Assembly (NCBI GenBank): GCA_028826165.1
Contig: JAPDFW010000060.1
Coordinates: 372,001 to 436,000 of the forward strand
Source: Anaeramoeba ignava BMAN
Lineage: Eukaryota > Protista > Anaeramoebae
Length of the DNA stretch: 64,000 bases
Direction of reading: 5' to 3'
A program made the translations under genes and the position numbers. Positions 10,999 through 22,500 of the stretch are shown one piece after another. Positions within the stretch are counted from its first letter, which is position 1; each line of letters starts with the position of its first letter. The notes beneath the pieces were generated by a model that searched no databases, was not told the origin of the DNA, and worked only from the letters and a program-made list of their open reading frames with translations.

Positions 10999-13900
10999 AT
11001 GGAAGCTAAACTAATTTCTTGTCCAATTTGTTTTGAAACTTATTCACAAGAAAGAAAACCAATGATAATTTGCCAAGAAGGTCATTCAATTTGTGAATTA
11101 TGTTTAAAGAATATGAATGAATGTCCGTTTTGTAAAATTTCTTTTACAAAATTTAATCCAATTCAAAATCGAGATTTATTAGAAGCTGCAAAACAAAATA
11201 AAAAAAAATCCAATATTATAAATTCTCCAATTATTCCTCTATCTCAACTTGAAATTGAAAAAGAACCATTTGGATATGGTGGATCAGCTGATATTTATAA
11301 AGCCAAATGGGGATTTAATCAAGTTGTTGTTAAGAAATTCAGAATACAAAATGATCCAAAATTGAAAAAACAATTTGAAAATGAAATTCAATTATCTATC
11401 AGATTAAATCATTCAAATATTATTCGAATTTATGGAGTTGTTGAATTTCAAAATACTTTTGGGATTTTAATGGAATATGCAGAACAAGGAAATTTATCTC
11501 AAAAAATTCCATATTTAACATTTCAAGAACAAATTGATTATTCTTTACAAATTATTGAAGGAATCAAATATCTTCATAATAATTCAATTATTCATCGTGA
11601 TTTGAAACCTGAAAATATTTTGATTTCAAATAATAAACCAAAAATTGCTGATTTTGGAATTTCAAAAGTTCATGAACATACAATGAAAAATACAACACCT
11701 GCATTTTCACTAGGTTATTCAGCTCCAGAATTATATCAAGAAGGAAATGCTTATGATACTTCTTGTGATATTTTCAGTTTATCAATTATATTATTTGAAA
11801 TTTTTACAAAGAAAAAATCTTTTGAAAATGAACATCAAATGCTTATTTTTTATAAAATTTCGCAAGGAAAAAGACCAGAATTTCCAAATGATTTCCCAAA
11901 AGAATTAAGTGAAGGAATAAAAAAAGGATGGAATCAAAATCCAAAAGAAAGATGTTCATTGAATGAATTTATTCAAAAATTAGATGAGATGAAACTAAAA
12001 AGTAATTTATTTTTTATCTTCTTCATTTTCAAAAAAACAATCAATTTTCTCATTTCAAAATTATATTCACAAACACAATTCAAATTCACAATTAAAATTA
12101 AATTCAGATTCACAAATAAAATCAGATTCAGATTCAGATTCACAAATAAAATCAGATTCAAATTCAGATTCACAAATAAAATCAGATTCAGATTCAGATT
12201 CACAATTAAAATCAGATTTAGATTCAGATTCACAAATAAAATCAGATTCAGATTCAGATTCACAATTAAAATCAGATTCAGATTCAGATTCACAATTAAA
12301 ATCAGATTTAGATTCAGATTCAAATTCAGATTCACAAATAAAATCAGATTTAGATTCAGATTCAGATTCAAATTTGAAATCAAAATCAAAATCAAAAAGA
12401 AAATCAAAATCAAAATCAAAAAGAAAATCAAAATCAAAAAGAAAATCAAAAAGAAAATCAAAACCAAAATTAGCATCAGATTCAGACTCAGATTTAAAAT
12501 CATTCCAAACAAATCAACATAAAACAAATAAATATCAAACAAATCAACATAAAACAAATCAATATAAAACAAATTCCAATCAACAGAAAAAAAACATTTC
12601 TTTATCCAAGATTTCATATTCCATTCCAAACAGTGATCAAGGTAAAATTGATTTATTCTAAAACATTTCAATTTTAATTCCAATTCAATTTAAAATCAAA
12701 AAATCAAAAAATCAAAAAATCAAAAAATCAAAAACAAAATTTTCAAATTATCTGATTCAATTAATTAATTAATTAATTATAATAACAAATTTATTGAATT
12801 CGAAAATATTCATTTATTAATTGTTGTTTTTTATTCCATTTTTTTTGTGATTAAATTCAAAAACCTAAACAAAAATAGTGATAAATCCTCAAATTAATTT
12901 AATGAAAAATAAGAACAAAAAAGAAGAAAAAAAAGATAATTCAATGAACAATTTACAAAATAATGTTAAACCTGATAAAAAAATCAAACCTGTAAAAAAG
13001 GTAAATGAATTCCCTAATATAAATAACAAAATTTTAATTTAAAGAAATTAAAACAAATTCTTGATTAAAAACTCTTGAATTTTTTGATTTTTCATTTTGA
13101 AATTATTAGGATTTTGATGTTCGTTTTTTCTTAGTTATTCAATTTGAAAAATTAATAATATTATTATTTATATTCATTTTATCAATCAAATATTTAAGAA
13201 AAAATAACTTATTATTATTTGGATTGAATTCAAAAAAAAATAACAAATTTTGTTTTTCTCTTTTTTTTTCTTTCAACAAAATTTCAAAATAGTATTGGTT
13301 CAAAATTATGTTAATTGGATTTGTTTCTGGAAAAAGTACAATTTTGGAAAGATATGTTGATGGAACTTTTAGGCAAGTAAATTTGCAAACGATCGGATAT
13401 GATTTCAGATTAAAATATCTGGAAATTGATGGAAAAAAAATAAAACTCGGGATTTGGGATTCATCTAGTCCAGGTTTGCAATTTATTTTTGAATAATTCA
13501 AAAAACAATTTAAATTTTTTTCTTTCTTCTTTTATCCTTCTTTTTTTGGATTATTTAGAAAGATACAGAAGCTGCGTAATGCGTAATTAATTAATGAAAT
13601 TATTTCTTTTATTTCTTTTATTTCTTTTCTTGATAATTTAACAATTTAATACTTTTATTATTTGATTATTCCTATTTATAATTCTGAAATTTGTTTTTTG
13701 TTTTTTTTATTTAATTCATTTTTAATCATTTGATATTCAAACATAATTTATTTAAAATTGAAATTTAAAAATTTAAAATTAGATTATGCGAGGAAAATGG
13801 ATGGATTTTTGATTGTTTATAATATTACTAATTCATATTCTTTTAACAAAGTTCCTGAATTTCTTCAGCTTATTGAAAAAAATAACTTGTCAAATTATCC

Positions 13901-14138
13901 AAAAATATTAATTGGAAATAAATGTGATTTGGAAAACCAAAGAGAAGTTCCAAAAGAAAAAGGGAAAGAATTTGCAGATAAAATTGGAATTCCATTTTTT
14001 GAAACTTCAGCAAAAGAAAATATTAATATTGATGAAGCTTTTGAGAAATTAATAAAAATGATATTGGAAACAAATCCTGAACCAAATGTTCATAAAAGGG
14101 AAAAATCGAAAAAGAAAAAAGGATGTGCTTTGTTTTGA
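10999..14138 (+). CDS. RING finger - kinase - Ser/Asp/Lys linker - degenerate Rab/Ras-like small GTPase with CAAX-like end (CALF)
   Basis: Exons traced in frame: 10999-12001, 12108-12641, 12879-13000, 13110-13118 (9 nt, DFD), 13293-13473, 13559-13582, 13783-14138. The join gives [38 protein letters not shown]. Confidence 0.72.
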
Positions 14139-14189
14139 ATTAATTTTGGAATTCTCATTTTCTTATTAAATAAAAAAGAAAAAAATTTT

Positions 14190-15350
14190 TTCCGAAATGA
14201 AATAATAATTTATTTATTATTTTACAATAAAATTAATCAAAAAATAATTTAAAAAAGAATTTATTATTAATATTAAATTATTACGATTAAAAATAAAGAA
14301 ATAAATTAATTAAAATATTTTGTTTATTTTTTTATTTAATTTTTAATAATAATTTATTTAATATTTTACAATAAAATTAATTAAGAAATAATTTTAAAAA
14401 AGAATTTATTATTAATATTAAATTATTATTATTAAAAATAATGAAATAAATTTGAAACAAAAATTGAATAAAATTTTATTTAATTTTTTAATAATAATTT
14501 ATTTAATATTTTGTAATAAAATTAATTAAAAATGATTTTAAAAAGAATTTATTATTAATATTAAATTATTATTATTAAAAATAATGAAATAAATTAATTA
14601 AAATATTTTATTTATTATTTTTACTTAATTTTTAATTATAATTTATTTAATATTTTGTAATAAAATTAATTAAGAAATAATTTTAAAAAGAATTTATTAT
14701 TAATATTAAATTATTATTACTAAAAATAATGAAATAAATTTGAAACAAAAATTGAATAAAAAATTTTATTTAATTTTTAATAATAATTTATTTAATATTT
14801 TTGTAATAAAATTAATTAAAAATGATTTTAAAAAGAATTTATTATTAATATTAAATTATTATTATTAAAAATAATGAAATAAATTAATTAAAATATTTTA
14901 TTTATTATTTTACTTAATTTTTAATAATAATTAATTTAATATTTTTGTAATAAAATTAATTAAGAAATGATTTTAAAAAGTATTTATTATTAATATTAAA
15001 TTATTATTATTAAAAATAATGAAATAAATTTGAAACAAAAATTGAATAAAATTTTTCCGAAATGAAATAATAATTTATTTAATATTTTGCAATAAAATTA
15101 ATTAAGAAATAATTTAAAAAAAGAATTTATTATTAATATTAAATTATTATTATTAAAAATAATGAAATAAATTAATTAAAATATTTTATTTATTATTTTA
15201 TTTAATTTTTGATTATAATTTATTTATTATTTTGCAATAAAATTAATTAAGAAATAATTTTAAAAAATAATTTATTATTAATATTAAATTATTATTATTA
15301 AAAATAATGAAATAAATTAATTAAAAAATTTTATTTATTATTTTATTTAA
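14190..15350. repeat. Satellite family A, second array
   Basis: Same ~143 bp unit as 6020-8390. Confidence 0.9.
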
Positions 15351-15355
15351 TTTAG

Positions 15356-16381
15356 TTTCTTTCTTATTTTCCAGAAGCTAAAGGTGGTTTATATCCATTA
15401 GCTGTGAATTTATTTCATTCTTCTGAAGTTGTTAGATTAGGAACTGTTGCTTTATTAAAAAGATTAGATGGAATTAAGGTTTGAAATTTTTAAATCTAAA
15501 TTTTTTAATCTAAATTTTTTAATCGAAATTTTTTAAATTAAATTTTTTTAATCTAAATTTTTAAATTTAAATTTTTTAATTGAAATTTTTTAATTTAAAT
15601 TATTTAATTGAAATTTTTTAATTTAAATTTTTTAATTGAAATTTTTTTGATCTAAATTTTTTAATCTAAATTTTTTAAATTAAATTTTTTAAATTAAATT
15701 TTTTAATCTAAATTTTTTAATCTAAATTTTTTAATCTAAATTTTTTAATCTAAATTTTTTAATCTAAATTTTTTAATTGAAATTTTTTAATTTAAATTTT
15801 TTTGATCTAAATTTTTTTGATCTAAATTTTTTAATCTAAATTATTTAATTTAAATTTTTAATTGAAATTTTTAATCTAAATTTTTGATCTAAATTTTTAA
15901 TCTAAATTTTTAATCTAAATTTTTAATTGAAATTTTTAATCTAAATTTTTAATCTAAATTTTTAAATTAAATTTTTAATTTAAATTTTTGATCTAAATTT
16001 TTAATCTAAATTTTTTAAATTAAATTTTTTAAATTAAATTTTTTAATTTAAATTATTTAATCTAAATTTTTTAATCTAAATTTTTTAATCTAAATTTTTT
16101 AATCTAAATTTTTTAATCGAAATTTTTTAAATTAAATTTTTTTAATTTAAATTTTTTTGATCTAAATTTTTTAATCTAAATTTTTTAAATTAAATTTTTT
16201 AATCTAAATTTTTTAATTGAAATTATTTAATCTAAATTTTTTAATTTAAATTTTTTAGACTGGAAGTGGATTAATAACTGGATTGAATATGTTTTTACTT
16301 TTGGCTTATGAAAGAAATGTTCGACAATTAACAACTAAATTGGAAAAATTTATGGAAACAATCCAAACAAAACAAAAATAA
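15356..16381 (+). pseudogene. Orphan two-exon 3' gene fragment resembling the C-terminus of Afi1/MesA (DENN-related) proteins
   Basis: Exon 15356-15478 reads FLSYFPEAKGGLYPLAVNLFHSSEVVRLGTVALLKRLDGIK. Exon 16259-16381 reads TGSGLITGLNMFLLLAYERN...*. No 5' exons are visible because the satellite lies immediately upstream. Family call is from motif recall. Confidence 0.5.
15480..16250. repeat. Intronic ~13-14 bp tandem repeat (aatctaaatttttt)
   Basis: Seen directly. Confidence 0.9.
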
Positions 16382-16532
16382 TTTTAAATTAAATTAAAAA
16401 AAAAGGAGAAAAAAAAAAGGAGAAAAACGAAAAAGAATTTTTTTTTTGGAATTTAACAAGAAAAAGAGAATAAAAAAAAACAAACAATTTTTTCATTTTT
16501 TTTTTTGATTCATTTTATTATTTTTTTAAAAA

Positions 16533-19500
16533 ATGGAAGAACCAGAAATTTGTCCAATTTGTTTTAAAAATTATTCAAATGAAAGAAAACCAATGGTTAT
16601 TTGCAAAGAAGGACATAATATTTGTTCTTTTTGCGTAACAAAAACGGATCATTGTATTTTTTGTAAAAGTTCATTCAAAAATTTTAAACCAATTATGAAC
16701 GAATCTTTATTAGCATTTATTAAATCAATTCAAAAAAATTCAAATGAGCCAATTATTCCAATTATTCCTTTATCAGAATTGGAAGTTGAATTAGAACCAT
16801 TTGCTAAAGGAGGAACTGCTCAAATTTTCAAAGCAAAATGGAAAGAAAAAGATGTTGTTATCAAAAGATTAATATTTCTAAATGATGAAAAAAGAAATCA
16901 ACAATTTGAAAACGAAATTAAATTAGGAATGAAATTAAATAATCCTTATATTATCAAAATCCATGGGAAAACTAAAATGAATAATGTTTTGGGAATTGTA
17001 ATGGAATATGCAGAACAAGGAGATTTATCTCAAAAAATTCCAAATTTAACATTTGAAGAACAAATTGAATATTCTTTACAAATTATTAAAGGAATTGAAG
17101 TTTTACATTCAAATTTAATTATTCATCGTGATTTAAAACCTGAAAATATTTTGATTTCAAATAATAAACCAAAAATTACTGATTTTGGAATTTCAAAAGT
17201 AAGAGAACACACTTTGCAAGTTACTTCAGTTATAGTTTCATTCCGTTATTCTGCTCCAGAAATGCTTGAATCAGGAAACAAATATGATAGATCTTGCGAT
17301 ATTTACAGTTTATCAATGATTTTATATGAAATTTTCTCAAAGAAACAACCTTTTGAAAATGAAAATGGGATGGCTATTCCAGTAAAAGTAATGCAAGGAG
17401 AAAGACCTGAATTTCCCATTAATTTCCCAAAAAAATTAAGTGAATTAATCAAAAAAGGATGGAGTCCAAATCCAGAAGAAAGATGTTCATTAAATGAATT
17501 TACTAAATGTTTGAATATGATGAAAAATGGAGGTAATTTCAAAAATTAAAATCAAATTCAACAAAAATTAAAATAAAATTCAACAAAAATTAAAATCAAA
17601 TTCAACAAAAATAGAAGTAGAACTAATAATTTATAAAGAAAAAAAACCAACTATTCCAAGAACAAGAAATTCTTTTCAATCAATTTTAAAGAGATTTGAA
17701 CAGACTTCCAATAAACCAAAACCAGAATCAGAATCAAACCCAGAACCAAAACTAAAACCAATCAACACAGATCAAATCCATTCTAATCAACAAAATTCAA
17801 ATGAACAAGAATCAGGACCAAAATCAAAATCAAAACCAAACCCAGGACCAAAACCAAAACAAAACAAATCAAATGAAATTAAACCAGAACCAGAACCAGA
17901 ATCAGAATCAGAATCAAAATCAGAACCAGAATCAGAAAGAATAATAAAATCAGAAGTTGATTTGAAGGTAAAACATTGATATTTAAGAAATATAAAAAAA
18001 AAAAGATTAAATTTTCAATCATTTCCATTTCAACAAAAAAAAATAATACAAAACAATTAGACTGCACAAAAAATACTTGATGAAGTAATAGCAAAAGTAC
18101 GAACTTTGGAAATCCAAAAAGAAAAAAAAAAATCTGAAGAAGCAAAAAAAAAAGCATTAAAAGAACTTAAACCCTATTTCCAAAAACTTCGAGATTCAAT
18201 TCGCAAACATGATCAAAGTAAATATTTATTCATATTGTTTAAATCAAATGAAAAAATGTGTAAAATGAATTAATCCAATTTATTCCATTTTTTAATAAAA
18301 AGATACCTCAGAAAAATTAGAAGAAATTGATATTAATTTTATTTTTCAATCTATGAATGCCTTTCCAATAGATGAATTTATTCAAGAAAGTTGTTGTATG
18401 GCTCTAAGAAAATTCACTGAAGCAGAAACAAGTAAAGATTGTTAAATTAAATTTAATTTTCAAAACTCTATTAATTTTTCTTTCCAAAAAAAAAAGGAAT
18501 TTCATTTAATTTTCCAGATTTTAATGGATTTGATTTAATTATCAAAGCAATGAATAATTTTCCATTCAAAAAATTTCTTCAACTTCAATCTTTACTAATT
18601 CTTTTTCAAATGGGAAAATCAAGTCGTAAATTTCATTTTAATCAATCAAAAAAATTAATTAATCAAAAAAATTAATTAATCAAAAACCAAAGTAAATCGA
18701 AGCCAAATTAAACAATATTCTGGAGATGATACAATATTTTCAACAATGGCTAATTTTCCAGAAGATAATAAGATTTTTTATACAGGAACTGAAGCTTTAA
18801 CACGTTTAGAATTTGGTCAAAATTGTAAATTTACATTTTTCAATAAAAAACAAAACAAAACAAAACAAAATAGATGATCCAATCTTTTTCCTTTTTTCAT
18901 TTTAATAATTCATTAATTAATTTTCCTTTCTTTTATTTTAATCTAATTATTTGAAAAACAAAATAGATATTACTCGAAACTTTAATTTAAAGAAAAGTAA
19001 AAATATTGTTTCATTTTTCCAAAATCAAAAAGAAAAAATTTTAATTTGAAAAATTATGAAATTATTTTTATTAGGTCATGTAGAAAAACTAGATCAAAAA
19101 AAATTAAAAGCATTACAAGAAGAATTTAATAAAAAAAAATATGTAAATCACATATTTTTAACAAGAATTCATTCATTTATTTATTTATTTATTTTATTCA
19201 TTTATTTATTCATTTATTTATTCATTCATTCATTTATTTATTAATTTATTTATTTTTATTTTGTTTTAAATAGTTTTTCAATGTTTGGTCACAGGTAAAC
19301 TTTTTTTCTTCCAAATAAAATTTTAAAAAAATAATTGAGAAGAAAATTCATTTAATCAACATTTCAAAAATGTTTGTTTTTCTGATTAAAAATTTAGAAT
19401 CTTTTTATTTCATTTCTATGCAAAAAGAACGAAGAAATTGATTTTGAATTTTACAAATTTTTGAAAAATCAGAAGTCACTAAACGAGAGATGTATAAATT

Positions 19501-22500
19501 ATTTTATTCAAATATCTAAAACAAAACATTTTTTTTCTTATTAAATTTTTAATTCCTTTTTTTTAAAAAAAAATATTAAAAATTATAAAAAATCTAGAAA
19601 GTAATTCTAAATTAAAAAACAAATCTTTGATCTAATCTAAAAATTTCAACTTATTTTAATCTTTCTTTTTATTTTGTAGACTATATTCCAAAAAACCGCA
19701 GCTGTACAAAAAACACTTTTATCAAAATATTTATTTAAATTTATTTGAATTAATTTATATTATTTTTTAGAAAGTAATTCATATTTTAATTTTAAAATTA
19801 AAATTAATTTTGTTTTTTTTCTTCTTCTTCAAATATTTAAAAAGAATACACCAATTCATTATTTATGTCAAAATGAATCAATTAATTTGAGGATAATAAT
19901 ATTAATGTTTGATTATAGAGCTAATTTTAATTTAAAAGGAGTAAATTTTGAATTTGACTTTTTTGTTATTAATTATAAAAATATTCATTTTTTTTGTTTT
20001 TTTAAAACGAAATTGAAAATTTTAGGAAGTAAAAAATAAACCACATAAAAAAAATCATTAAAAAAAAAATTATTTAAAATTGAAATAAAAAGGATGTAAA
20101 AATAACAAAGGATTTCTAAATTGAATTGAATCAAAAATTTATTCATTTATAAAATGATTGAAATAGGAAGTAAAAAAATAATAAAATGAAAATTAAATTA
20201 TTTATCCCAAATTCTTTTCAATTAAATTAATCAAAAAATCAAAGTTAACACCATTACATTATTTATGCCAAAATCCATCAATAAATTTGGAAATCATTAA
20301 ATTAGTGGCACATTATAGAACCGATTTTTATTCTAAAGAAGTAAATTTATTTTTAATTTCATTTTTAATTTCATTTTTAATTTTATTTATGAATAATTGA
20401 ATAGAAAGTAATCTTATTAATTTGAATTAACAAAATTTATTTATTATTTTCTGAATTCCAAAAAGGATGTAAAAATAAAATTTGTTTTTGCTTTTAAAAT
20501 CTTAAAAATTTTAAAAAGGAAGTAAAAATATCATAATAATAAAAATAAAAATAGAAACTAAATTTAAAATAAAACAAAAAGGATACACCAATGCATTATC
20601 TTTTTAAAAATCCATCAATAACAACAGAGATTATTGAATTCTTCAGGGAAAAAGGATATAGTTTTAATTCTCAAAATGTAAATAAATAAATATTTAATTT
20701 AAACTTTTCTTTTGAAATCAAGTTTTTGATAAAATTTTTCAAAATTATTTCCCAAATAGACTGTAAAAATATCATTTCAAGATAAAAATTAATTTTTGTT
20801 TTATTCCCTTTTTTTTATATGGGAAATAGTTTGTAAAAATTTAACTATTTTTAAATCCAAAAAGAATTGAATTTGAATTTCTTTTTCTCAAAACTCATTT
20901 TTAGCAAGTAATTCATTTTCTTCTTCTTCTTTTTTTCTTAAGATTCACATAATTTTTCAATAATATTTATTAATTTAACATTTTCATACATTTCTAAAAG
21001 ATGTCTCCTATTCATTACTTGTGTAAAACCCATCAATTACATTTGAAATGATTTATGCATTAGTTCAACGTGGAGTTAATTGAATTTAAGTGGAGTAAAT
21101 TTTTATCTCTTAAATTTTTTTGAGAAATAATAAACATATCATTGAAAAACAAAATAATTTTAGCAAGTAAACTATTTAAAAGGGAAAAACATATTTTTTT
21201 CTCTAATAATATTAAAATATAAATTAAATATATTAGCAAGTAAATATTTTTTCAGAATTTTAATCCTTTTTATTTTCCAATCCAAAAAAAAATAGGCTGT
21301 AAAAATAATAATAATTATTATTATTATCAAATAAATTGTGTTTATTTTTTAAATAAAAATAATAAAAATAATAAAAATAGAATGTAAATCATTTAAATTT
21401 ATTCTTTCTTCTTTTATTTTAATTATTAATTTGTTTTTGAAATGATTTTTTTTGTGTTTATAAAATAGCATGTAAATAATTCAAAAAAAAAAATCAAAAA
21501 TTACTTATTAAATTGATTATAATTTCCCTATAAAAAAATAATAAAATTTAAAATTAGTTTGTAAAAAAAAATATAAAATCAAACATTTTTTTATTGATAA
21601 AAATTTTGAATTAATTAATTATTCCAAAAAATAAACAAACAAAAGGATGTAAAATAAAACGATAGAAAAATATTTTTTTTTTAATTTATTTATTCAATAC
21701 TAAAATGATTTTATTATTATTATTTTTTTACATATAAAAAAGCATACACCTTTGCATGATTTATGTAATAATCCTTCAATTACAAAAGAGATTGTTGAAC
21801 TATTAATTAATAATGGAGCTAATTTTCATATTCAATGGGTAAAAATTTATAATAAATTTTTTAAAATTAGATTAATTTTTGATTTAATTTTTATATAAAT
21901 CAAATAGAAAGTAAATTATTCATCTTAAGATTTTTTTATATTTTTATTATTAAATTCTTTTTCAATTTTCAATTTTGCTTTTTTTTTTTGAAAAAAATAA
22001 TAATAAATAGATTGTAAAATAATTAATAGATATAAACAAAAATAAATTTGAAATTAATCATAACCTTTTTTTCTTATTAATTTTTATGAAACAGAAAGTA
22101 AATTAGAAATGATAAAAAATTTTTTTGAAATGATTTCCTTTTATTTAATGGAATATTTTAACAAATAGGGAGTAAAATTAGAAATGTTTAAAAGAAAAAT
22201 TCAACTAAACTTAAATTTTATTAATGAATTTAGGATGTAAATAATCTTTTTTTTGATTTAATAATTAATATAAATATTTTTTCTTTATAAATAATCAGGC
22301 AGTAATCATTTAAAATTTTTAATTAAAATTTGAACAAAAAAAATATTTTTTGAGATTAAAAATTAAATTGAAATAAAATTAGTATGTAAATCAAATTAAT
22401 AAAAAACTAATGATAAAATATTTTTCTTACTTAAATTTTAAATAAAATAGTTTGTAAATTTTAAATTATTTTTTAATTTTGAACAATTATTTAAAAATAA

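Noticed and set aside
12002-12522. FRFRFTNKI-repeat C-terminus of ORF 10999-12522 and antisense ORF 11973-12683
   Set aside because: Read-through of an intron into the wrong frame. The spliced frame gives a Ser/Asp/Lys linker, and the antisense ORF is a low-complexity shadow.
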